From contig NC_058385.1 in the NCBI RefSeq assembly GCF_018350175.1, positions 83,266,001 through 83,330,000 of the forward strand: a DNA stretch of 64,000 bases, given 5' to 3'. A program made the translations under genes and the position numbers. Shown in pieces: positions 40,485 to 53,559 of the stretch (position 1 is its first letter; each line of letters opens with the position of its first letter). The notes under the pieces are model-generated. The model ran no database searches. It saw only the letters and a program-made list of their open reading frames with translations, and was not told where the DNA came from. This DNA is from Felis catus (lineage: Eukaryota).

Positions 40485-41920
40485 CCCTCTTCCCAATTGC
40501 ACACGTTCGCTTTCTCTCAAATAAAAAAAAATTAAATAAGGAACAAAACAAGCATATCCACATAAGTCCTGTCTGACACACCACTGTGGCTCTGGGCACA
40601 GCTAAAGGCCAGGACACTGGGGACACCAAGGGGGAAACCACCACTGGTTCAGCTGCAGGTGACTCCTCCTAGAATACAGCACCAGAGCAGCAGGAAGTTC
40701 AACAAAGTTACCAAATACAAGCATTTCTGTAGAGCAGCTATACTCAGTTAAAAATATAGCAACATAAAAAAAGATACATTCACAAAGCAACCAAAAATAA
40801 AGTATCTAGACGGGACCAGACCACTCTGGAGAAAATCTAATAAATTTCTAGAATTCTTTTTTTTTTTTTTAACGTTTATTTATTTTTGAGACAGAGAAAC
40901 AGAGCATGAACAGGGGAGGGGCAGAGAGAGAGGGAGACACAGAATCTGAAATGGGCTCCAGGCTCTGAGCTGTCAGCACAGAGCCCGACGCGGGGCTCGA
41001 ACTCACGGACCGTGAGATCATGACCTGAGCCGAAGTCGGACGATTAACCGACCGAGCCACCCAGGCGCCCCTAAATTTCTAGAATTCTAATAAATTACAG
41101 AGAATAAATGGAGACACATTCCATGGTCTTGGGTGGGAACAGTTAATGAGGACGAGATCAGTTCTTCTCTTGTTAGTTCTAGAAATTCAAAGCACTCCCA
41201 ATAAAAATTCCAGTTCCAAGTATTGAATAACTCACTTGCTATAAACTTATATGAAAGAATTACCTTATTACCCACGAGTAGATAAGCAAAGTTTTATGAA
41301 AGAATAAAAAGGGGAAGTTGTCTTACCAGGTATTAAGACACACTACGAGGCCAGCTCAGAAACACAGTCACACACATGAAAAAAGGTGGCTCCACAAATC
41401 AACGGAAGACAATGGGCTGCTTAGGCGGTGATACCAGGAAATGGCTCAGTGTATAAACAAAAATAAAGCAAGACTCCTACCTAACTCCAGACACAAACGT
41501 GGTGCCAAGATCTAAATAAGAAACATAAAGTTCACAGGCGAACGTATAAATTGTCTCTATGACCTTGGAGAGGAAAGAACTTTTAAATACAATTTCAAAG
41601 ATACAACCCATAAGGCAAAAACTAATGGATTTGATTCATTAAAATCTGACCTCACAAAGTTAACAAACACAGGGACACCGGATTCAGTTAAGTACCTGAC
41701 TTTGGCTCAGGTCATGATCTCATGGTTCATGAGTTTCGGCCCCACGTGGGGCTCTGTTCTGACAGCTCAGAGCCTGGAGCCTGCTTCAGATTCTGTCTCC
41801 CTCTGTCTTTGCCCCTCCCCTGCTTGCATTCTCTCACTTTCTCAAAAATAAGCATTAAATTTTTTTTTTTTAAAAGTTAACAAACACAAGAGAACGGGAA
41901 AAGTTATTTACAATGCACAA
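37978..41920. mobile_element. Old L1M fragments (+) interrupted by about 9 CAN-SINEs of both orientations
   Basis: SINEs at ~37978, 38786, 39201, 39460, 40328, 41672 (+) and ~40010, 40125, 40858-41071 (-; 17-bp TSD taaatttctagaattct); A-rich L1 ORF2-like sequence between them. Confidence 0.85.
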
Positions 41921-42059
41921 AACTCACCACAACACCTCCCAGGGTCAGCTCTTGATCCACAAAGACCCACGGCCCCCATAACCACAGCCCTGACAAGGGC
42001 CTGGCTAGGTGGGTGCTGACCAATGATGCAGGGGGAGGGGTCCCAAGATGCAGCCTCAC

Positions 42060-42186
42060 CTAGTCCAGCCACACTGCTGTGGTTCTCCAGCATTACTTCC
42101 TTGTAGAGGGCCCTCTGGCCAGGGTCCAGACACTGCCACTCCTCCCTCGAGAAGTGCACGGCCACATCACCGAACGTCACAGCCTC
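42060..42186 (-). CDS. ZNF7: ZNF7 KRAB-A exon (127 nt)
   Basis: [42 protein letters not shown]; canonical AG/GT. Confidence 0.96.
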
Positions 42187-42556
42187 CTGAAAAAACATAC
42201 ACCAGCACCCCAGGGAAACCTGGGTGCCAGCCCCATCCTGGCTCCACCTCATGGTGTGTCTCAGCCACATGTACCACAGGGCTGGGCAAGACAGTCACCG
42301 AGCCCCTTTGGCTCTAAAATCAAGGGGAGTGGCAGTATGAAGGAGGGGGAAGGAGCCAGCCCTACAAACCTCCCCCCACAAGAGCCTCAGATGGGCCCCA
42401 GTCTGGGCAGAGGATGGGCTTGCCTGAGCTTGGGAATGGCCACAAGGGGCCAATGGAGGGTCTAGGCCAAGGCCCAGGGGGCAGGGTGGGTGTTCAGAAG
42501 AAAAGGTAGGGGCCCTCACAGAGCAAGTGAGGAAACGGAGGCAGTCACACTCCTAC

Positions 42557-42583
42557 CATGAGGCTCGGTGGATGGGCATCCAT
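42557..42583 (-). CDS. ZNF7: ZNF7 start-codon exon (exon 42557-42599): MDAHPPSLM
   Basis: ATG|GTAGGA donor, typical of KRAB genes; upstream in-frame ATG at 42583; acceptor ccaacag|. Confidence 0.8.
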
Positions 42584-43955
42584 GTGTCCTGGATGAGACC
42601 TGTTGGCAGTTATGAAAGGATCAGAGGTCAAGGTACTGGAGGACCCCTAGCCCTGACTTCCTGGCTAACTGAGAGGGTACTGTGTTCTCCAATCCTTTAC
42701 CTTTAACCCCCGATGTTCATTAGCAAGGACATAAGGTGGAACCAACATAACCACAGCACTTAAGTATCTTCCCCCACTCCCCACCAAAGCTTCATCTTTC
42801 AGAGTGTGTGGTGTGTGGGAATCACTCCAGACACAGAAGGGGTGGTTGCCACACGTGGTAAGTGCTAGACTAAGCAATGGGGATGTAGCAGCGCACAAGG
42901 CTTGAGAACTTTCCCATCATGAAGCACAGTCTAAAGGGTTAACGATACAAACACAACATCACAACCATGACCATGCCCCAGTGCAAGAAAACTCTGAAAG
43001 CATTTAAACTAGGAAACTCTGGTTTAATGATGAGTCACTTCCCAGGGGAGCTAACTAGGCCAAGAGGATGGAGGTAGGGAGGGCGCTAAAGGCAGCAGGG
43101 AAGGCATGTGCAAAGGGACTGAAGCAAAATAGAATGGGCAGAATGAGTCCATGGAGCTGTTCACAAGCAGCAAGGGGAAGTGGTGGTGTGACTGGAGGAT
43201 GACGCCAGAACAGTGGATTACCGTAGGAAAAGGAACGGATTCAGAATCCCCGCCCCCCCCCCCCCCCCCGCCCCAGCAATCTACATAAACTTGGCCCCAA
43301 TCCCAGGCATTCCCCTAGGCAGTCTGAATGAGAAGTGGGCTTCCTATGGGAGCTTCTGGCTCAGAAAGTGGCGTGTGGGCGGAAGCTCCAGGCCGTGGGC
43401 ATAGTGAAGCTGACCCAGGCAGTAGTGAGCACTGTCGGGTGGGCCCCCACCTGCGACGGGCCAAGAGTGAATCTGGAAGCGCTGGATCCCAGGTTCCCAG
43501 TAGAAACGGACAGGCCCTGAGAAGGGAAACACTCCACCCTACCCTAGGCACAGCCCTTTTTTTTACCACTGTCCCACGGGCAGTAAATGAGGGGAAAAGG
43601 AGACTTGAGAAGCTGTAGTTATGCAGAAAGGAGAATCAGGGATCCCCTCTCGAGCAGGCCTACACCTGGTGGGAGGCCGCGGGTGGATCCCGCGCCGGGC
43701 CTGCAGGACTCGCCCAAATGCCTCCTGCCTCCGCGGGCCAAGGCGGCCGCAGTTCGACCACCTCCCACGCCAGGCGCCCATGGCCTCCCCAAGCCGCTCG
43801 CGACATCCGCGCTTCCCAGCGGGGAGGCAGGGGATCGCCGGGCCCGCAGGGCCGGAGGCGGGAGGACGCGGGGGTCGGCCGGTTGCCACTCCGTCCGAGG
43901 GCGATGAGCACGTAACGTGCCCCAACCCGAGTCCGCGCCGGACGCGCCCACTCAC

Positions 43956-44200
43956 CCTCCCCGTGGGCCGCCCGAGCCTCGAAACGCGGGACAAAACCGG
44001 AAACGGGCCTCGGGCTCACGCTCCCTCTTCTTCTCACAGACTTCCGGGCGTTCTGGGCGGCTCGGAGGCTCGGCCGTCTCGATGGTTCCCAGCCGCCCCG
44101 CCCCGGCGCTGGGGAAGGGGCGGGGCTGGGGTCAAGGGAGGGGTGGGCCCGCGGAAGGTGGCGGACGTGCAGGCCAAAGGGCGGAGGGGGTCCTGGCGAA
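43956..44200 (-). promoter_or_regulatory. ZNF7: ZNF7 CpG-island promoter and non-coding exon 1 (~43956-44045)
   Basis: GAGG|GTGAGT donor at 43955; CCGGAAGT at ~44040-44047; GC boxes; island spans ~43650-44800. Confidence 0.75.
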
Positions 44201-45639
44201 GCGGGTGAAGAGCCTGAGGTGGCCCGGGCCCGGCCCCGCCTACCTCTTATCACCTCGGGGACGCTGGACCCCGCACCAGATCTGTGCCCGGGCTTTTCTA
44301 CAGAAGGCAGCTCCCGCTGGGCACGGTCCAGGCACCAGGCAACGGAGACGCCTCGACCACGGGCGAAGTGGGCACGGGGGAGCGGCTAGCTTGGGAGGAG
44401 GGCAGAGGAGCCGAGTGGAGACAGCAGGTATTGTCTGGGTGGTTGGGGCACGTGGTCCAGGCCGCGGACACCGCTGAAGCTGGGCGGGAGGCGCAGGGCA
44501 CCTAAAGCGGAAGAATGCGCCCCGGAGGCGGGAAGGGCGGGGCAGAGAATGCGCAGAACTTTTTCGGTAGAAGAGACCTAGCACTCGACTCGTCGACGAC
44601 CCAAATATCGGGGTCCGTGACAGCCGCGGTGAAATCTGGCGCAAACCCTACGGGAGGAGATGGACTGAATCAGCCCCCCGCCCCGACTCCGAGGGGAGGT
44701 ACTAGGGAAAAGCGGGCCTTGCGGGGTTCTCCGGCGAGATCAGCTCCTTTCCCGAGCCTCTCGGTCCTAGCGCTCACAGCCTGCAACACCGTCGCTCCTA
44801 ACTCAACTCTACCAGTCCCACATCCTCTCTGGTTACGCACAGGGAGCATCTGTGCAAATGATGAATAAACGAGTGAATAGAGAACTGGGAAGGACAGGGA
44901 ACATACCTGCTTCCCAGCCGCCCTCCAGGTCCTAATTCCCAACCAAGGCGCTCCCAGAAAGAAACCCGGGTGCGCTGAGCACACTTCTGGTCCCACCTAC
45001 TGGGAGCCTTCCAACTGGAGTCTTCACACAGCAGCATCAAAAGCCGGGGGAGTCCTGGCCCCAGGCTAGCCTGTTCTAGGTAGATGGGTAGGGTCATTCC
45101 TGAGATGACTCAAAGAGCAAGAAGGGGAGGCAAAGACCCTTAGGATAGAGCTGTTTCAGCCAGCACGAGAGCCTGGTCCAGAGCACCCACCCACCCCACA
45201 CCTGGGTGGTGTGGGGGTGCAGATACCAGGGTGCAAAGGCCCTGCAGGTGCTGCTGGGGTGGGCAGCAGTGATGGGGATTTCTTCTATCCATTGCAGGCC
45301 ATTCCAGGACCTCCATGTCCCAGTCCCACAATCCTCACTGAACCTTGGGCCCAATGAGCAAACAAACCAACTGTTCATAGCCAGAGGCCTAAACACTATG
45401 AATGGTCAGTGTGTCCCTTCTCTGAGCCAGCCCAGATTGCTTTCCAGCTATTTCCAGCCTGGGAATAGGATTCCACATCATAAATGTAACTAGGGAAAAA
45501 GTCGTTACCTTAATCACTTACAAGAAGATGTGTTTCTAAGGACTTTTTCTGTATCCTAGTAGGTAGCCCAGAGCAATAATACTTTCAACAAACTGGAGCA
45601 GAGCTTCTCCACAGGCCATCCTTGGGCACTCAGGAGTCT

Positions 45640-46100
45640 CATGATATACTACAATATACCTAGGGCTTGTTTTAGTCTGGTATGGTAAGACATGCAGACT
45701 TGGAAATGATTGTCATGAAGGAAGATAATTATACTCAGTTTCTCTAGAAGGCAGGGTACAACATGAAGGGCCACACTGGGAAGCACCAGCATAGGTCAGG
45801 AGGCAGGAGAGAGGGAGGGTACAGTGTGGCCCAGAGCCTTTATTGGGGTTTCTGCAGGAAGGAATGGGCAATGCAGGGCAGGTACACTAAGTAAAATCAG
45901 GGTCAGATAGTTTGAATAATTTCAGCAAGCTCCAGGGTAGAAATGTGATTTCTAATTGATAAGTGGCTCTGGGATGAATTAGGGCACGAGGAGCTTTGCC
46001 TTGGTGTGTGAGTTTGATAAAGGAGATAGTTGGGAGTGTGGGCTCTGGATTTGTTGGCTTGTATCAAAGCCTTGCTCTAAAGGGTTGTTTGCTATTTCTA
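45640..46100 (-). mobile_element. Old LTR (ERVL-class-like)
   Basis: TG start, cagagcctttattggggtttc (reverse polyA signal) motif common in old LTRs; family uncertain. Confidence 0.45.
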
Positions 46101-46784
46101 GGAATGTCTTTTGGATCTAGGCCTGCTTGGCTCCAAAGCTGGTGGGAGGAACCAACAGACCCAAGGGCCTTGCACAGAAGCAGAATTTCCCTAATCCCCC
46201 GGCCTGAGAAGGTCAGGAGCTGGGAATCCTGAGAACAAAAAGGGAGTTGGAAGTAGGGCCAAGAGGGCCTGAGGAGGTTGGTGACAAGGGCCTGTGTCCA
46301 GCACAGAGAGACCTTGTCCCCACCCCTCCTGGGCTGTCTATTGGCACCAGGCTCTTCCTGAGGCGCCATCTCCTCCCTCTCCTGTGTGACTCCTTTTCTC
46401 CTACTCAGGCCCAGGTCCCTCAAAGGCAGAGCCCGTGATGTTGCCATCATGCATCTCTTCTGTGCTCAACAAGGATCACATGCTCAATAGAAACCTGTTT
46501 GAAAGACTGAGTAACCTGAGTCAGCAAACTTATTTTTCTTTAAAGGAACATAACAACTGAAAAATAGGATTTCCAAAAATTATGTGGATTTCCTGCACTC
46601 AGAACGGGAGTTCAAGTTTAATTAGAATGGAACTGAAATATGGCTGAAGTGGTACTCAGAGATACGCCTTTTACAAAATTCACACTACCAGATGTCACTG
46701 ATACTTTTGAATTCTTTTTCAGAGGAGAGCTGCTTCCTGTTAGTGTCCATTTGAATACTGCTGTTTAAAAAAAGTCAGGGCTCA

Positions 46785-47480
46785 CACCCATTGGGATTGC
46801 TACTATCAAAACAACAAAAAACAACAAGTGTTGACGAGCATTTGGAGAAAGGGAACCCTCGTGCACTGCTGGTCGGGGTGTAGAATGATGCAGCCACTGT
46901 AGAAAACAGGAAAAAGATTAAACACAATTACTTTATGACCTAGCAATTCCACTTCTGGATGAATACACAAAGGAATTGAAAGCAGGGTCTGGAAGAGATG
47001 TTTGTACACCCATGTTCACAGCAATATTAGTTACAGTCGCCAAAAGGTGGAAGCAATGCAAGTCTCCACGACAGATGAGTGGATAAGGAAAATGTCCAAC
47101 CATACAATAGTAAATATTACTCAACCTTTTAAAAGGAAAGACATTGTATCACATGCTACAACATTGATAAATTCAGAGGACATTATACTCTGTGAAATCA
47201 GCAGTCACAAAAGGACAAATACTATTTTACTCCACTAAGATGAGGTTCCTAGAGTAGTCAGAAATCATAGGGACATAAAGTAGAATGGTAGTTACCAGGA
47301 TCTGGGAGAAGGGAACGGGGAATTGTTTAATGGGAACAGTTTCAGTTTTACAAAATGAAAAGGGTTCTCAAGATGGATGGTTGTGATGGGTCCACCGTAT
47401 GAATACGCTTAATACCACCAAACTGTATACTTAAAAATGGTTAAGATGGCAAACACTGTGTATATTTTACCACAGTTTTT
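46785..47480 (+). mobile_element. L1MB-like 3' end
   Basis: End of ORF2 and 3'UTR (agatgagtggataaggaaaatg..tgtatacttaaaaatggttaagatgg). Confidence 0.88.
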
Positions 47481-47699
47481 TTTTTTTTTTTTTTTTTTTT
47501 TGGAAAAAAGGGCTGAAAACTGGCTTTGTGCTTTGAAAAAGGGCACCTCTTCAAGTATATTCTTAGTTTACTTAGTGAGAAAACCACATTTTGCAAATAC
47601 TTCGAGGATTTGCTGACAAGATCACCAGCTGATGCTTTTCCACAGGCTGGAGGCATAGGGAAACCTAAGCTTGCTTGCTTGCTTATTTAGTTAGCTAAT

Positions 47700-47864
47700 T
47701 TATTTATTTTGAGAGGAATGAGAGAGAGAGAGAGAGAGAGAAGAGAGGAGATGGGCAAGGGCAGCTTGGAGCCTGACTCAGGGCTCAATCCCACAAACCA
47801 AGACCATGACCTGAGTTGAAATCAAGAGTTGGACGCTCAACTAGCTGAGCCACCCAGGCGCCCC
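47700..47864 (-). mobile_element. CAN-SINE
   Basis: TSD aacctaagctt. Confidence 0.88.
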
Positions 47865-48986
47865 AACCTAAGCTTTTAAAGGCTTTTTAACTGATTACTC
47901 CAGACCTACCAGGATACTTAAAATCAGTTGATTAGGTGCTTTAATCACATCTGCAAAATCACTTCACAACAGCCTTTGGGTTAGTGTCTAAGTATTAGGT
48001 AGGTGTGTGAGCTACAAATGACCACCATTTCCTTCCTCCTGCATAGCCTGCCACTCAGGAATTCAGCTGAAAGGGAATTCTGGGGGCAGTTTAGCCCGGT
48101 GACTCGACACACTAAAAGTCATTTCAAACACTAGAGTAATCCTGTTTGTAAAAACACAGGCACACATAGGCTGAATATTTGAAATGTAGAGAAAAAAGTC
48201 TGGAATGAACTACCCAGACTTAACAGGTGTATGTCTGGGGAGTAAGGTGGGAATGTGGGACAAGGGAAGAGGGAAATATTTTCTATTTTTGTATTGAGAT
48301 TTCGTTATTGTTTTACTGCAAATATGTAGTATTTCTGTAACTTAACCAAAGTAAAGAAAGTGTTTTATAAAATCCTGGGGTGGACAAGGCCTTTCTAATC
48401 ACAACAAGACAGTTTTGCCCATAGGGAACATGTATTTTTCTTATTAAAAACCTCATAACTAAAAGCAAATAAGGAACTGGGAAAAAATATTTGTAATATA
48501 TCACTTCCTCAAGTGTATGACGCAGTTTCTGTCCCATCTCTTCCATGCTCACCCACCACCAAAAGACCTGTGGTTTGTATCACAGTTGAAGAAACAGGTA
48601 TTAAGGGAAAGGGATTGGAGCTCAACACAGAGGCTTAAAAACCTAATAAAAATAGGTACAAGAGCTTACAGGGAATTTACTCACGAAAAGGCCAAGAAAT
48701 ATAAATGAAAACAAGACTGGCATTTTTCATGATTAATCAAATGGTTAAAAACAGTCCCTCCACATCTGTAACCCTGATGGGGAAAGTCCACCTCAGCCAC
48801 AAGCAAATGTGCACAGGTCTGCTACGGGGCCAACAAATACAGTGAAGGTGTGAGGAAAGGACAGATGTGTGACAGTAAGGAAGCTGCTACCTAAACCAGT
48901 TAGCAGGGACACGGTTCTAAGCAAAGGAAACCCCGATTTGTAAAACAAATACCATACATGTGCATTAGAAAGAGTCAGGGGGTGGG

Positions 48987-49372
48987 GAGGCACCTGCGTG
49001 ACTCACTTGGTTAAGCATCCGACTTTGGTTCAGGTCATAGTCTTGTGGGTTCGAGCCCCACGTCGGGGTTCTGTGCTGACAGCAAGAGCCTGCAGCCTGG
49101 GTTAGATTCTGTGTCTCCCTGTGTCTCCCGACAATAAATAAACATTAAAAAAAAATCTTTTTAAGAGGCTAAGGGGGTGCCTGGGTGGCTCAGTCAGTTA
49201 ACTGTCCAACTCTTGATCTCGGTTTTGGTCATGTCTTGTGATTCATGAGATCGAGCTCTGCTGAGAGCGCAGAAACTGCTTGGGATTCTCTCTCTCCTCT
49301 CTCTGTGCCTCCCCAACTCATGTTCTCTCTGTCTCAAAATAAATAAATAAGCATTAAAATTAAAAAAAAGAG
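48987..49372 (+). mobile_element. Two tandem CAN-SINEs
   Basis: Bodies at ~48987-49155 and 49173-49372 (TSD aagaggctaag). Confidence 0.88.
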
Positions 49373-50327
49373 GCTAAGAAAACACACCAAACATCGCTGT
49401 AGTGATCTCTGAAGAGTGAGACCAAAGGGCAGTTTTTTACATTTCTAAGTTCTTGCATTTCCCAAATATCCTAAAATAAATTTATATTTGGGGGAAAATG
49501 ATTAAAAAATACACATTCACTGGTAGCTCTGCTTGGGGCTGGCGGCTTCCTTTCTGGCACACCTTTTGTAAGATGCTGTAGAAGCCCCTCAGTGTTCTCA
49601 GGGCTCCTGGGGCCGGGGGGCTGATGAAGAAGAAGGGTCACTAAGAGATGGCCCCTCTCACCAGCGGCCACCCAGGGAAGCTTCTCCCCAGTGAATACCT
49701 TCTGCTGACAGGCCTGCTGAGGGATCACACTTAGCCTGGCTGGGGCTCCCAAGGCACTGCCTGGGAGCCTGCAGACCCCACTCCCGAGTCCTGCTTCAGC
49801 CACCACTACCCCTCCAGCTTTGCCGTGGCTTGTCAACAAACCCTGGGTCTGAGAGTTCCCAACGTCTCCATGGCAGGTGTTGTGTGGATTCTAGTCCTCT
49901 GCCCCACTAGGTGGCTGGGTCCCCTGCCAACAGTCTGATCTTGGTCAATTCTAGTAACAAATGAACATCCAAAAAAAAAAAAAAAAAAGCCAACAGATTC
50001 CGCTCCCCTCCCCCCATCACAAGTCAATATTTGGAAAACCGAGGAGTGGAAAGAGAAAACGAAACCCACCCCCAACCCCCACTTGTGTTGGAGCCCGCGT
50101 GTGCCTCCAGGCGCAGACTTGGACGGTTTAGAAATGCCGCCCTCCCGCGGGCATCTGGGCTCAGCAGTTGTGGGGGGACCCGCTCTGGCTCAGCCTTCCT
50201 CACTGCCCTTCCCTCGGGCTGCTCGACCACAGCCCTGGCCCTGACCCTTCTCACAGCCAAGCGGGGAGGACCGACAGCCTTCTGCCTTGGGGCCCCCTCC
50301 TGGATGAGTTCTCCGCCTCTCATCAAC

Positions 50328-51529
50328 TCAACGGGGAGCCCAGCGGGGCACCCGTCTGTCCTCCCCACCCTCCCGGGAACACGCGGGCCCGTGGACTTTC
50401 TGGTGTTGGATGAGGGCTGACGGCCGGCCGCAGGCCCCGCCACAGGCCCGGCACCGGTAGGGCCTCTGGGCACCGTGGAGCCGGTAGTGCTCATTCAGCG
50501 TGTAGCTCCTGCGGAAAGCCTTGCCACACTCCGTGCAGGCAAAGGGCTTCTGCTTGGTGTGGGTCTTCTGGTGCAGAGTGAGGTTGGACTTCCGGCTGAA
50601 GGCTTTGCCGCATTCCCTGCACTCGAAGGGCTTCTCGCCCGTGTGCAGCCTCTGGTGCAGGAGGAGCAAGGAGTTGTGTTTGAAGGGCTTCTGGCACACG
50701 GGGCACTCGAACGGCCTGGCGCCCGAGGCGGTCTTCTGTGCGCCGCCGGGCTGGGGGTTCTGGCGGCCGCCGTCTTCTCGGGGGCCGTCCCCGGCGTGCA
50801 GCCGGTGGTGTTTGAGGAGCGACGACCCGCGGATGAAGCGCTGCCCGCACTGCAGGCACGTGTACGGCCGCTCCCCGCTGTGGATGCGGCCGTGCTCGTT
50901 GAGGGTGAACCTGCGGCAGAAGGCCTTCCCGCACTCGCCGCACTCGTACGGCTTTTCTCCCGTGTGGAACTTCTGGTGCTGCCGGAGCCGGGAGCTGCGG
51001 CCAAAGGCCTTCCCGCACTCGCCGCACTCGTAGGGCTTCTCCCGCGTGTGGACCCTGTGGTGTGCGGTCAGCTGAGTGCTCTGCCGGAAGGCCTTCCCGC
51101 ACTCGCTGCACTGGTAGGGCTTCTCCTCAGTGTGGATGAGCTGGTGTCTCAGGAGGATGGAGCTCTGCTTGAAGGCCTTGCCACACTCGGTGCACTGGTA
51201 GGGCTTGGCCCCCGTGTGGATGACCTGGTGCCTGAGCAGCAGCGAGTTGTACTTGAACGCCTTGCCGCAAGCACACCTGTACACTCTGTCCCCAGCAGCC
51301 TCTGCAGGGCCCAAGCCTGGCTGTTTTGCCTCCAGGGTCCCCAGGGACGTGCTAAGTTCCCCACCAAGGCCGCCTGCCTGGGGGTCGAGTTGTCGTTTAT
51401 CTGACCCATCTTTAGGACGGCCATTCCTCTCCTCAGGGAGGCGCCCCCAAACTGTGCCCAACAGTCCTAACTGCTTAGAGGACACACTCCCCGGAGAAGA
51501 CTCCTTGACCCCGGCCTCCATCCTAGAAT
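50328..51529 (-). CDS. ZNF517: ZNF517 last exon: spacer plus 10 C2H2 fingers (6+4; first is atypical CxC)
   Basis: Acceptor ttcttccag|AT in frame. YRCACGKAFKYNSLLLRH, KQSSILLRH, CRRFTLNEH, RKSNLTLH and RRSYTLNEH match recalled human ZNF517; spliced CDS gives 491 aa. Confidence 0.95.
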
Positions 51530-52324
51530 CTGGAAGAATGAACAGAAAATGGAAAGGTGACCTCGCCTCTACGTTCACAAAAGGAACTCTGATTTGAGGA
51601 CAGAATCCTCATGTCAAAGTGGTAGAGAGGTTTGGAAACTTCTTGCAAGAAAGAAACTGTAAAATCAGGGTTTGTATAAGAGGACCCAAAGGAAGGTTCA
51701 TTAAGGGCTTAAGCACTGTGGGAGGTTAGCTCAAGAGGGGAACTCATGACCAGGGAGGGGCATCAGGAGGACAGGGGAGGGCACAGCTTGGCCCAAAGTA
51801 CTGGGGCAGAGGTTGGGGGGTAGGGAGCAGGCCTGATGCAGGAGTGGGACCTGCAGGGTGTGGGGTACTGCTATCCTTTGCTCACCTCTTCCTCCCAGCA
51901 CTCACTCACAGGTCATCCACTCAGTAGACAGGTCAGAGTCCTGCCCATACAGGCCCCATGGGCCTGTAGGACTGCAGGCCACCTTTCCTCCCTTTCTGCA
52001 GCCTCTGCAGTCCCAAAGTCAGGCCTTGGCATGTGAGCCACGGGGAGCTGGAAGGATCAAAGCGGCTCAAGGGTCTTCCCTGCTGGGTCTTCCTCACACA
52101 CCCACTGCCCCCACAGATCTGGCCTGACACCTCGGGGCACAAGGAAGGATGTTCATGCACTTGGGTTTCTTGTACAAGTTAGCCCTGGGTGACCTTGGGT
52201 GACAAGCAAGGTGTTTAGTAAGAAATTTGGCCATGCTGTGAGGAACTAAACGTACAGCCTTCCAAGCACCAGGGGGCTACAAGGAGCTGTGTGAAGGCCA
52301 GGCCTTGCTGTGCCTTGCACTTAC

Positions 52325-52438
52325 CTGGGCACAGGTTGGCCACAGTCCCTTGCTCCTCAGCCACCTGCAGAATCAAAGCCCCTGGCTCCTCCCCTTGTTC
52401 CAAGAGGGAGATCAGCGCTGGTTTGGCAACGAGAAAGC
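52325..52438 (-). CDS. ZNF517: ZNF517 KRAB-B exon (114 nt)
   Basis: GFLVAKPALISLLEQGEEPGALILQVAEE; tag| acceptor, G|GTAAGT donor. Confidence 0.94.
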
Positions 52439-52625
52439 CTACATGCAGGGAGGAGAGCAGCACGTGTCAGGGAGCAGGAGGAAGGGTGTCTGGCTGCCTG
52501 GCTGGAGGCCTCAGAGGACACACACTTGGGGTGGGTTGGAACACCTACTTTCCCAGGAGCAGGGCAGCTGGGTGGCCATGGAGAGATGAGGGGGAACCCC
52601 TCCAACTTCCCCTCTGGGCATGTTA

Positions 52626-52907
<282 letters not shown>

Positions 52908-53526
52908 TCAGGGATATTTAGGACGCCTGTTCAGCTCTGGGAAGTCAAGGCTTCTGTATGGTCACTGTTGCATTCCTAAGGCCTGGCATGGGGGGGAGGG
53001 GGTACACCTCAACACTCTCCAAGGAAAAGTGGAACAGCCCTATTGCCAAAGCCACGGGAGAAGTGAGGGTCTCAACCTTGGCCTGGGTAGGGGCACCCTC
53101 GAGATGCTGGTGGCCGAGCCTCCACACTGGTGGGGAGAGTTCCTGTCCTGTTCTCTGGTTCTCTGCTCTTAGTGGAAAAGCCAAAGGCTGTGTGCACCAA
53201 GAAGGTCTGACCATTCACACCAGATGGAGGCAGGTGCTGGGGAGGGACAGGGCCCCTGACCTTGCTTGCTGACCCTTGAAGCTCAGGGGCTTCAGGAGAC
53301 TGTGGGCAGCCTACTTCTGCCCAAAGCCTCAGGAAGGAGTTGACAGAGCCATTGTGAGTCTTCGAAGGGAGGAGGCTGACCCTTGGCTTACAGAATCCAT
53401 CCCTGTGACCCACCTGCAGGAGTGGGAGCTACATGGGTGGGCCTGGGGCCCCCTGGGAAGGTCCTCAGGGCTGAAAAGCTGAGGATGGGGATGAAGGCAG
53501 CCTAAAGGCTCAGAGGGGACACTCAC

Positions 53527-53559
53527 CTGGAGTCTGGGCGTCGCAAGTGGCACCGCCAT
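53527..53559 (-). CDS. ZNF517: ZNF517 first coding exon, MAVPLATPRLQ (exon ~53527-53590)
   Basis: ggaATGG Kozak context; CAG|GTGAGT donor, phase 0 matches the KRAB-A exon. Confidence 0.85.

Noticed and set aside
50475-51404. 309-aa antisense ORF and other alternative frames over ZNF517
   Set aside because: Mirror of repetitive GC3-rich finger codons.
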